Virus record (IMG/VR): IMGVR_UViG_3300023176_007894
Coordinates: 32,001 to 96,000 of that record
DNA: 64,000 bases
Direction: 5' to 3' (one strand)
Source: a virus
Made by a program: the position numbers and the translations under genes
Notes under the pieces: generated by a model
Told to the model about the DNA's origin: nothing
Databases searched by the model: none
What the model saw: only the letters and a program-made list of their open reading frames with translations
Part shown: one piece after another, positions 45,545 through 54,162 of the stretch
Position numbering within the stretch: position 1 is the stretch's first letter
Layout of the letters: each line of letters begins with the position of its first letter

Positions 45545-47518
45545 TCAAGATATAAAATTATATTCTGGTCGACTTTTCTTATAAGCTCTATTGTCTAGTC
45601 GCTCGTTCAGGTATTTTTTGATATTTGTATTAAAAACTTTTTGTAATAGCGGGCCTTGTCTTTGGGGGCATATTTCATCTATTTCGCAAGATATTGCTTG
45701 ACAGTTTAAGATTTCTGATTCACTAAAATCGTTTTCTTTTATGAACTGATGAGTTCCCCCAAGGTTGGATTTCACTAATACCGCAAATTTTCCGTCGGGC
45801 ATTTGTTTTTTAATAGTATAGCTATTTGTGTTCTTTTCTGCGAGTAGTTTAAGGTTTTCATTTTTTTCCTCAAGCTCTTTAATGTATTCAGAATTCTTTT
45901 CGTTTGAAGATTTTAATTTTTCAAATTCTTCCACAAGAGGCGATCTCGCGCTTAGAAAATCCTTTAAGTCATTAATTTCTTTTAGTTTTGATTGTATTTC
46001 TTCTCTGGTTTTGGATAATTCTAAGATATTATTAGAGCCTTCGTTTTTAATTGCTTTATATTCTTTGAAGATTTTTTTCATTTCTTCAAGATGTTGATTG
46101 GATTCAGACTCTTTTCTTTCTATTTCAGAGTGGCAATGCTGAAGGTCTGAGATTTCTTTTGATAATTGTTCTTTTTGGGAGTTTAGCATTTCAATTTCCA
46201 GGTCCAAATCTGAGTGGTCTTCTTTTTCAAGTTTTGACTTCTCGGCTTCTATTTTTAGTTTTCGCGCGGCTTCTTTGCTTTCTGAGATTTGTTGGTTATA
46301 TTTCTTGATCTGATTTTCGCGGATCTCAATAAGCTCGAGTTCTTGATCTAGGTCTTTTTTTCTTTCTTCGAGTTGAAGTTCCTGCTCTTCGATTATTTTT
46401 GTCTCTATAGCAATTGATGATTGTTTTTGAATAATATCAGACTCTTCTATTTTCATAGATGGAAAATATTTTACAAGGCTGATATGTGCAGCAAGAACAA
46501 GGAGAATAGCAAGAGGGTCAAACACAAAAATTAATATAATTATTACAATTCTTACCGCTTGACCAAGATCAAATGCGACCCCGAAAATATCCGAGATTAA
46601 TTCTGCGACATATTTAACTGGTCCTATTTCCGCCTCAAGCTGCATTGAGCCATCGTTATAGTCGAATTTTTCAACTTCAAACTGCTCTATTCGGTTTAAT
46701 GCGTCGGTAATGTTTTTATTTAGGCCTTCTATGCGTTCCACAGATGAAGATGATTTATAAGAGTCTTCTTGGTAGCTTTCGATTTTTTTGCGAATGTCTT
46801 GAATTAATAATTGATTTTGATCCCGAGATTTAGAAATTCTTTCTTCTGCAGAGTTAATTTTTGATTCAAGAGAAGTTCTTTCTTGAACCTGGGATTGCTC
46901 AATTTCTTTTATTTTTTCTTTTTTGCTGGAAAATAATCCTCCTGATTTTGATTTTTCTTCATTTAAAATCGAATCTAATTCAGAGATCCTTAGTCTGGCA
47001 TCAGAGATAATTTTATTGTCGATAGCTAAGTTTTTGTCGAGCTCTGCATTTATTTGTGCAATTTTTTGCTTTTCAATTTCTATATTATCTGAACTTTTAT
47101 CCCCTTGTGATTCCTGTGCTTGCTTTTCTTGTTCGATTAATTCTTTTTGACGAGCAATGTAATCTTGCTCTCTTAGAATTTTAGAGTCAACTTGAGATAT
47201 CATTGCTTGAGATTTTTGTGCCTGCTGCTCATGCTCAATATGGGACTTTGATAAAAATCCAAAAATACCCATGCTGGTTATGCCCATAAGTACGAAAATT
47301 GCAAATAGCAGATACCCTTTGATTGACCTTGGGGCGTTACCCCAGTTTTTATGTAGCCAAAGGGCCGCAATAATTTTTCCTATTTCTAAAGCTACCCCCA
47401 TGCATACAACTGCATATATAGAGCCTGGGAAAATTGTAGCTAGTCCGATAATGCTAAAATACGCAGCAATACAAGAAATACTTAATGCTGAGATTAAGGT
47501 GGTAACCGCAAAGATCAT
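45545..47518 (-). CDS. Membrane protein with long coiled coils
   Basis: Three N-terminal TMs (AYFSIIGLATIF, LEIGK, TSMGIFGFLSK), central TM IFVFDPLAILL, two coiled-coil regions. Confidence 0.75.
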   Translation of the reverse strand: MIFAVTTLISALSISCIAAYFSIIGLATIFPGSIYAVVCMGVALEIGKIIAALWLHKNWGNAPRSIKGYLLFAIFVLMGITSMGIFGFLSKSHIEHEQQAQKSQAMISQVDSKILREQDYIARQKELIEQEKQAQESQGDKSSDNIEIEKQKIAQINAELDKNLAIDNKIISDARLRISELDSILNEEKSKSGGLFSSKKEKIKEIEQSQVQERTSLESKINSAEERISKSRDQNQLLIQDIRKKIESYQEDSYKSSSSVERIEGLNKNITDALNRIEQFEVEKFDYNDGSMQLEAEIGPVKYVAELISDIFGVAFDLGQAVRIVIIILIFVFDPLAILLVLAAHISLVKYFPSMKIEESDIIQKQSSIAIETKIIEEQELQLEERKKDLDQELELIEIRENQIKKYNQQISESKEAARKLKIEAEKSKLEKEDHSDLDLEIEMLNSQKEQLSKEISDLQHCHSEIERKESESNQHLEEMKKIFKEYKAIKNEGSNNILELSKTREEIQSKLKEINDLKDFLSARSPLVEEFEKLKSSNEKNSEYIKELEEKNENLKLLAEKNTNSYTIKKQMPDGKFAVLVKSNLGGTHQFIKENDFSESEILNCQAISCEIDEICPQRQGPLLQKVFNTNIKKYLNERLDNRAYKKSRPEYNFIS

Positions 47519-47522
47519 TTTC

Positions 47523-47756
47523 TTAAGGTATTTGGTAGTTCGAGTTGGGCGGCTGTTTTTTGTTTGAGGGATCTACTATATTAATGTTTACTCTATTCGA
47601 GTTTGCATAGTATCCTCCATTATCATTTGGATAATACATTTTTTCGCCTTTTTGCGTTGCAGGACTTATTTCCTGTTGAGAAGGATAATTATATTGAGAA
47701 ATATTTGTGTCTCTATTATCATTCGGATATCTGAAATTTGGGTCTGAGCTATTCAT
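47523..47756 (-). CDS. Hypothetical N/P/Y-rich protein
   Basis: 77 aa; repeated YPNDN. Confidence 0.55.
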   Translation of the reverse strand: MNSSDPNFRYPNDNRDTNISQYNYPSQQEISPATQKGEKMYYPNDNGGYYANSNRVNINIVDPSNKKQPPNSNYQIP

Positions 47757-47916
47757 TTTCTATTTTGATTGTTATGACTTGTCCGTTGTCTAGTTTTATA
47801 ACTTGGAATTGGGCTCCATCCTCAGGGCCACCAATTTCTTCGTATTTTTTAATGATGGTTCCTGGTATTTCGCCAAAGCTGGTCGTTACTATACATCTTT
47901 CTTCTTCATTTTTCAT
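47749..47916 (-). CDS. Hypothetical protein (55 aa)
   Basis: ATG 47916 lies 10 nt after GTGTA. Confidence 0.6.
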   Translation of the reverse strand: MKNEEERCIVTTSFGEIPGTIIKKYEEIGGPEDGAQFQVIKLDNGQVITIKIENE

Positions 47917-47957
47917 TAATAATATATACACGTATATAAAATATTTATATATTCATT

Positions 47958-48008
47958 AAAAGTCTAAAAGTTAACTTTCGACTTTACTTTAGACTTTGTG
48001 TGGACTTT
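47958..48008. repeat. Cluster of AAAGT/ACTTT direct and inverted repeats in a divergent intergenic region
   Basis: aaaagtctaaaagttaactttcgactttactttagactttgtgtggacttt. Confidence 0.7.
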
Positions 48009-48023
48009 CGTGTATTATACAAG

Positions 48024-50006
48024 ATGAGCAAAAGGAAATATATCAAAAGGTCGGATTATTGGAATAAATTCGATAAGCCTAATCCTGATGTTCTGCAACA
48101 ATCCTTGCACTCAAATGCTTCAGTCCCAATATCTTCTGGGGAGCCTTATTATTTAGAGTCAACTGCTAATTATAATAGGAACGCTCCAGCGGATGGATCA
48201 ACTGGAAGTAGGAGAAATGCGATACATAAAAAAACAAAAGATTTTAGGTTCGCAAACATTGAGTCGGGATTGTTACCATATACTTATGGTTCCGATGGAG
48301 TAGATGTCAGGCAGGCTATTGAATTATGTCAGAAGGCATATGCCAATGTATCTGTTTTTAGAAACGCAATAGACGTAATGTCAGAGTTCGCTAACTCTAA
48401 TTTATATTTAGAGGGAGGAACTAAAAAGTCTCAAGACTTTATATACAAATGGTTCGAGAAGATTAATTTATGGAATTTGAAGGACCAGTATTTTAGAGAG
48501 TATTACCGTAGCGGTAATATATTCCTGTATAGAGTCGACGGAAAATTTTCTAAAAGTGACTTCGAGAAATTGAGTAAAATATACGGTGCAAGCGCAAGTT
48601 TGGCTCCGGGTAAGTTACCTGTTCGCTACATTCTTTTAAATCCTTTTGATATAGTAGCAACAAGATCCAGCTCATTTGAAACAGGAGCTTACGAAAAACT
48701 TTTATCCGAGTATGATTTAGAGAGATTAAGAAATCCCAAGACAGAATACGATAAAGAAATATTTGATTCACTGGATCCCGAAATTAAGGAGAGAATAAAA
48801 TCTGGTCAGTATAACTCAGATGGCTTGAAGGTGAAGTTGGATTCTAATCAACTTTTGTATTCTTTTTATAAAAAGCAAGACTACGAACCTTTTGCTATAC
48901 CTTTTGGGTATCCAGTGTTGGATGATATTAATTTCAAGATCGAGCTTAAGAAAATAGATCAAGCTGTTTGCAGAACTATAGAAAATGTCATACTTCTAAT
49001 AACTATGGGGGCGGAGCCTGAGAAGGGTGGGATTAATCCTCATAATATGCAGGCTATGCAAAATCTTTTCAAAAATGAAAGTGTTGGAAGGGTTCTCGTG
49101 AGCGATTTTACTACAAAAGCTCAATTTGTTATACCTGACATAAGTAAGGTTGTTGGACCGGCAAAATACGAGGTTATTAATAATGACATAAAAGAAGGTT
49201 TGCAAAATATTATCGTTGGAGACGAAAGATATAGTAATACTCAGGTGAAGGCTCAAATATTCTTAGAGAGACTTAAAGAATCTAGGAATGCTTTTATATA
49301 TGACTTTCTTCAGCCGCAGATAAAGATGGTCTGCAAGAACTTAGGGTTTAGGAAATATCCTATTGTTAAGTTCGAAGAAACAGATATAAAGGATGAGGTT
49401 CAATTGCAGAGAGTCGCAACAAGATTAATGGAGCTAGGAATACTTACTCCAGAGCAAGGAGTTAATGTTATAAAGAAAGGGGCATACCCTAATTCCGAAG
49501 AGCTTGTTCCTGCCCAAAAAGAGTTTATAGAAAATAGAAAAGAGGGCATGTTTAATCCTATAGTTGGTGGAGTGCCAATGATTGAGGATGATGCAGGGGG
49601 CGATTCTATTCCTGAGGTTAAAAGCCGCCAGGAAGTTGGTAGACCTGTAGGCACTTCAGAAATACCTCAAGAGAACTCTAGCGCAAAGGAAGAGATGTAT
49701 AGCAGAGAAGATCTTCAGGATGTAATTTATGAGTCGGAGAAGTTAAGAGAGTTCGCTTATGCGGAAATGAAAAAAAGTTCAGGCAAGAAAAGGTTAAGTA
49801 AGGCTCAAAAATCTTTATTGGATGAGCTTTGTAAATCTGTGATTATATCTTCTGAAAATGATGACTGGGAATCTTGTTTGTCTGATTGCATAATTAATCG
49901 AGAAAAAATTGGTTCTTTGGGTCAATTGAGTGGAGTTTCTGATATAGCATCTGAACATAATTTGGATCTATACTCAGCTTCACTTCTTTATCATAGCAAG
50001 AAATAG
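48024..50006 (+). CDS. Portal protein (putative)
   Basis: FRNAIDVMSEF, REYYRSGN, KKQDYEPFAIP, C-terminal GRP motif; size and pattern fit large-phage portals; ATG 48024 follows GTGTA. Confidence 0.75.
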   Translation: MSKRKYIKRSDYWNKFDKPNPDVLQQSLHSNASVPISSGEPYYLESTANYNRNAPADGSTGSRRNAIHKKTKDFRFANIESGLLPYTYGSDGVDVRQAIELCQKAYANVSVFRNAIDVMSEFANSNLYLEGGTKKSQDFIYKWFEKINLWNLKDQYFREYYRSGNIFLYRVDGKFSKSDFEKLSKIYGASASLAPGKLPVRYILLNPFDIVATRSSSFETGAYEKLLSEYDLERLRNPKTEYDKEIFDSLDPEIKERIKSGQYNSDGLKVKLDSNQLLYSFYKKQDYEPFAIPFGYPVLDDINFKIELKKIDQAVCRTIENVILLITMGAEPEKGGINPHNMQAMQNLFKNESVGRVLVSDFTTKAQFVIPDISKVVGPAKYEVINNDIKEGLQNIIVGDERYSNTQVKAQIFLERLKESRNAFIYDFLQPQIKMVCKNLGFRKYPIVKFEETDIKDEVQLQRVATRLMELGILTPEQGVNVIKKGAYPNSEELVPAQKEFIENRKEGMFNPIVGGVPMIEDDAGGDSIPEVKSRQEVGRPVGTSEIPQENSSAKEEMYSREDLQDVIYESEKLREFAYAEMKKSSGKKRLSKAQKSLLDELCKSVIISSENDDWESCLSDCIINREKIGSLGQLSGVSDIASEHNLDLYSASLLYHSKK

Positions 50007-50015
50007 GGTTATAAA

Positions 50016-50624
50016 ATGGGAGCGTTTGAAACCTTTGTAAATGCTAATTTAGGTATCAGGAAGCCTTTGATATCTGACGCTGGACATCCTTCGGGAAGTC
50101 TCCAGGCTGCGGGTATAATAGGTTCGCAATATATAGATTCTTCTACAAATGAATTGTACGAAAAAACTGGCGAGAATAATATTCTAGATTGGAAATTCAT
50201 AAGGGTTTTGGGTTCTGCGCCCACAAGTACCGGAATTGTTACCACTAACGAGCTTCAGGTCGCTTCGGGTGAATTAGATTTAAAAATTCAACAGACGGGA
50301 CTTTCTTTAAATAATCAGATATCTGGTGTTCAGTCTCAAATTTCTAATGCAGAAAATCAAACGCTTTCTTATTCATTCTCTATTCCTAGCGGGGCTTATA
50401 GAGAGGCGATTTCATTTAATTCTCTTGGTAATACAGTAAATTACTCAAGCGCTCCTACGGTTGTAACATCGATGAGATTTAATTCTTTACCTGAATATAT
50501 TTATTCTCATGTAAATTATAATATAACAAATACAGGATTTTATGTAGCCTTTACTGATGAAATTGATAGTAATGATGCATTTTTGGATATTATAATTAAT
50601 TCGGAATCATCCAACATATCTTAA
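50016..50624 (+). CDS. Putative virion protein (short fibre/collar-like)
   Basis: Coiled segment plus C-terminal beta domain (APTVV...ITNTGFYVAF); SG/TG-rich. Confidence 0.55.
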   Translation: MGAFETFVNANLGIRKPLISDAGHPSGSLQAAGIIGSQYIDSSTNELYEKTGENNILDWKFIRVLGSAPTSTGIVTTNELQVASGELDLKIQQTGLSLNNQISGVQSQISNAENQTLSYSFSIPSGAYREAISFNSLGNTVNYSSAPTVVTSMRFNSLPEYIYSHVNYNITNTGFYVAFTDEIDSNDAFLDIIINSESSNIS

Positions 50625-50647
50625 TAAAAATAGTGTAACAAAATAGA

Positions 50648-53600
50648 ATGACTACAAAAAATTTAATTCCAAGAAACAGTGGCGAGGGAGAGATAGGTTT
50701 AGCCTCGAGACCCTGGGGCATTGCTAATTTTAAAACGGGGGAGTTTGATGATTCTCTTAAAGTAAATGGATTAAATGTAGTTAATGAGTACAATTTAAAT
50801 CAAACTGGTGCGTCACTAAAATCAGATATCGATCAAATTAGCGGGGCTTTAGCGGATCTCGAGGAAAGTCCCAGTATTGCGATATTGTCTGGCAACTTAA
50901 ATCAAACTGGTGCGTCACTAAAATCAGATATCGATCAAATTAGCGGGGCTTTAGCGGATCTCGAGGAAAGTCCCAGTATTGCGATATTGTCTGGCAACTT
51001 AAATCAAACTGGCGAATTAATTCAATTACAAATTGATCAGATTGTTAGCGGGGGAGGGTCCGCTAATTATTCCACTCTCCAGGTCACCGGTAGTAGTCAA
51101 ATTGGGCAAAATTTAACTGTTTCTGGAGATACCCTTCTCAATGGATTAAATGTAATAGGAGACCTTCATGTTTCTGGCAGAATTTTCCAAAGCGGCAATA
51201 TATTTGAAGGAGGAGGCGCGGGTGGCTCAAATTATTCTTTCCAGACAAACCTTTCTTCCGGTCAGTCTGTATATAGCATTACTTATCCAACAACTTTTGT
51301 TGCTCCGCCCAAGATATCTACTACCCTCGAAATAGATGGAGACGGACCTATTATACCTTATGCTATATCTGGAATTGGCACAAGCTCGTACAGTGTCATC
51401 TTTTCTAAAGTGATACCGAATAATAACTACACAGTTCAAACTTTATTCGGTGGATCGGGACAATTTACTTCGTTTGCTGGAACCGGTGATGCAAGTTATT
51501 CCACTCTCCAGGTCACTGGTGGCACTCAAGTTGGGGGAAATTTGACTGTTTCTGGGGGCGCTATTATTAAAGGTGATTTGACTGTTGAGGGTAATAATAT
51601 ATTTGCGCAAACCTCAACTGTCTTAGTTGAGGATAAAAATATAGAGTTAGCTGTTCCTGCCAGCGGTCAAGCTCCTTCTGATGTGGCCGCAGATGGAGGA
51701 GGAATAACTTTAAAGGGGTCTACAGATAAAACTATCACATGGACACAGCTAACTAATTCTTGGGATTTTAGTGAAAATATCGGAGTTGGAGACGGTAAAT
51801 ATATTTTTACGGATACTCTTCAAGCTAGAGATTTGGATGGACTTCGGTTGGCTGATGGCTCAGCAAATTTAGGAATATTTATCAAGGATGGAGGTAACGT
51901 AGGTATCGGCACTACAAATCCTGATAGTAAATTACATGTAATAGGAGACCTTCATGTTTCTGGCAGAATTTTCCAAAGCGGCAATATATTTGAAGGAGGA
52001 GGCGCGGGTGGCTCAAATTATTCTTTCCAGACAAACCTTTCTTCCGGTCAGTCTGTATATAGCATTACTTATCCAACAACTTTTGTTGCTCCGCCCAAGA
52101 TATCTACTACCCTCGAAATAGATGGAGACGGACCTATTATACCTTATGCTATATCTGGAATTGGCACAAGCTCGTACAGTGTCATCTTTTCTAAAGTGAT
52201 ACCGAATAATAACTACACAGTTCAAACTTTATTCGGTGGATCGGGACAATTTGTTTCTGCCGGCTCCGCTGGTGGCTCTGGATTATGGAGCTTAGCAAAT
52301 TCTCAGAATATATATTATACAGGTGGAAATGTTGGTATTGGCACTACAGCTCCTGCTGCAACTCTAGATATAGATGGGGGAATTCAGTTTGCTGGACACA
52401 TATTACCCGCAGCCAATTCTCAATATGATTTAGGTTCTGCAGAGAAGAAAATTAGACATTTATTTCTGAGTAGTAATTCTCTGTATATTGGCGGAGAGGG
52501 AGATAATACAGGGGTTAGCATTTCTGCGGATAGTGGGGATAGAATAGTTTTTCCAAGCGGAATTAGTTTTGGTGGACAATCAATCATAAATGACGGCGCA
52601 ACATTTATTGGATCAGAAAATCAAGGATTTACTGTAAGAAATTCATCTAATGATAAGGATAACTTGATTATAAAAAATGATGCGACTGCTTATTTTCGAG
52701 GTTTTGTTGGAATTGGCACCAGTAATCCAGGCGCCCCATTAGACATTGAAAGTACTAGCGATAACATGATTCAACTGAATCAAGGAGCTGGTGCACCGTG
52801 GAATTATCTATCATTTTCCCAAGAAAATATCTTAAAGGGTGTTGTTGGAAGCATAGGTTCTGATAATCAAACCTTAAGTGGAGCTTTGTCTCTTACCGCA
52901 TATAACGGAGAAAACTTAACGTTTCGAACTTCTGCGGGGGTAAGCGCTGAAGCTGCTCGAATGACAATACTAAATTCTAATGGCAATGTTGGTATTGGTA
53001 CTTCGAATCCTAGTTCAAATCTTGAGATCAAAGGGGGTTCGCAACCATTTGCTATTTACGATTCGAATGATGAGCAGAAATTGCGCATATATACTGCTAG
53101 CAATGGAACTGTCGTAGCATTGACTGATGGGGGAAATGATATTATTCGATTGGACGGTAGGATTGGTAGTCCAAACGATTCTTATTTTAACGGTGGCAAT
53201 GTTGGTATTGGAACGACTAATCCTAGTGAAACTCTTGAGGTTCGCACCATAGCTGCTGCAGGTACTGGTCAGGCAGGACGAACCGCAAAATATAATGCAA
53301 TGTCAATCTTCACAGAAACCAATAGCTTTACTCCTTATAACGGTTTTGGTGGAGGAATTGTATTTAATAATCAAACATATTTTAATGGGGATGTTTATAC
53401 GAGCGCTGGAGTTTATGGAGGAATTGGCGATAATTCAGTTCTCAGTGGTGTGGGTGGACACCTCGCTTTTCACACATCAGATACAAAAACTGGTGATCTT
53501 ACTGAAAAAGTGCGAATTGGCCCTGATGGCAATGTTGGTATTGGTACTACGGTTCCTTATTATAAATTAGATTTAGTTGCTAACGATAATCAATATGCCG

Positions 53601-54160
53601 CGCGCCTATCTAGCTTGATCAATCCCAATCCTTTTGGCCTTGTAGTTCAATATAATTCGGGGTTTAGTCCAACCGCTGGTAATTATTTTATAGATTGTGT
53701 GCTGGGTAGCACTAAGAAGTTTAGCGTTGAATCAAATGGAACTGTTAGGGCTAATGGTACTCAATTAACCTCTGATGATCGCGTCAAGCATAACGAAGAG
53801 ATTATTACTGGGGCGATTAATGCTATTCAAAAAATCACTCCTAAAAGGTACATAAAAACAAGTAAAATTTACGATCACGATCACAACTTTGAACTTGATT
53901 TTAATGGTAATCCAATCGATGAAAACGGCGAGCTTGTTCCTCATAAAATTGAAGCGGGTGTGATAGCTCAAGAAGTTTTGGGGGTTGATGAATTAAAATT
54001 TACGGTGGGGCCAGAATTAATTAACGAATCAGGTGATCTTACTTCTTTGTATTCTTTAGATTATAATAGTTTATCCGTTTATGCTATAGCAGCAATCCAA
54101 GAACAGCAAAAAATGATCGAAGACCTAAAACAAGAAATCCAACAACTTAAAAATAATTAA
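50648..54160 (+). CDS. Tail fibre with C-terminal peptidase S74 intramolecular chaperone
   Basis: Repeated GNVGIGT-P modules; TSDDRVKHNE cleavage motif; GVIAQEV; LDYN; coiled C-terminus. Confidence 0.85.
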   Translation: MTTKNLIPRNSGEGEIGLASRPWGIANFKTGEFDDSLKVNGLNVVNEYNLNQTGASLKSDIDQISGALADLEESPSIAILSGNLNQTGASLKSDIDQISGALADLEESPSIAILSGNLNQTGELIQLQIDQIVSGGGSANYSTLQVTGSSQIGQNLTVSGDTLLNGLNVIGDLHVSGRIFQSGNIFEGGGAGGSNYSFQTNLSSGQSVYSITYPTTFVAPPKISTTLEIDGDGPIIPYAISGIGTSSYSVIFSKVIPNNNYTVQTLFGGSGQFTSFAGTGDASYSTLQVTGGTQVGGNLTVSGGAIIKGDLTVEGNNIFAQTSTVLVEDKNIELAVPASGQAPSDVAADGGGITLKGSTDKTITWTQLTNSWDFSENIGVGDGKYIFTDTLQARDLDGLRLADGSANLGIFIKDGGNVGIGTTNPDSKLHVIGDLHVSGRIFQSGNIFEGGGAGGSNYSFQTNLSSGQSVYSITYPTTFVAPPKISTTLEIDGDGPIIPYAISGIGTSSYSVIFSKVIPNNNYTVQTLFGGSGQFVSAGSAGGSGLWSLANSQNIYYTGGNVGIGTTAPAATLDIDGGIQFAGHILPAANSQYDLGSAEKKIRHLFLSSNSLYIGGEGDNTGVSISADSGDRIVFPSGISFGGQSIINDGATFIGSENQGFTVRNSSNDKDNLIIKNDATAYFRGFVGIGTSNPGAPLDIESTSDNMIQLNQGAGAPWNYLSFSQENILKGVVGSIGSDNQTLSGALSLTAYNGENLTFRTSAGVSAEAARMTILNSNGNVGIGTSNPSSNLEIKGGSQPFAIYDSNDEQKLRIYTASNGTVVALTDGGNDIIRLDGRIGSPNDSYFNGGNVGIGTTNPSETLEVRTIAAAGTGQAGRTAKYNAMSIFTETNSFTPYNGFGGGIVFNNQTYFNGDVYTSAGVYGGIGDNSVLSGVGGHLAFHTSDTKTGDLTEKVRIGPDGNVGIGTTVPYYKLDLVANDNQYAARLSSLINPNPFGLVVQYNSGFSPTAGNYFIDCVLGSTKKFSVESNGTVRANGTQLTSDDRVKHNEEIITGAINAIQKITPKRYIKTSKIYDHDHNFELDFNGNPIDENGELVPHKIEAGVIAQEVLGVDELKFTVGPELINESGDLTSLYSLDYNSLSVYAIAAIQEQQKMIEDLKQEIQQLKNN
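50795..51012 (+). repeat. Exact 102-bp tandem duplication (34 aa) plus a partial third copy
   Basis: LNQTGASLKSDIDQISGALADLEESPSIAILSGN starts at 50795 and 50897. Confidence 0.9.
51150..52252 (+). repeat. About 317-bp direct repeat (51150-51466 and 51936-52252)
   Basis: Identical by eye at offset 786; the antisense ORFs at 51227 and 52013 are also identical. Confidence 0.9.
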
Positions 54161-54162
54161 AA

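Noticed and set aside
51150-52252. Repeat pair as DGR template/variable repeat
   Set aside because: Copies look identical with no adenine-specific mismatches, both are in-frame within one gene, and no reverse transcriptase is in the window
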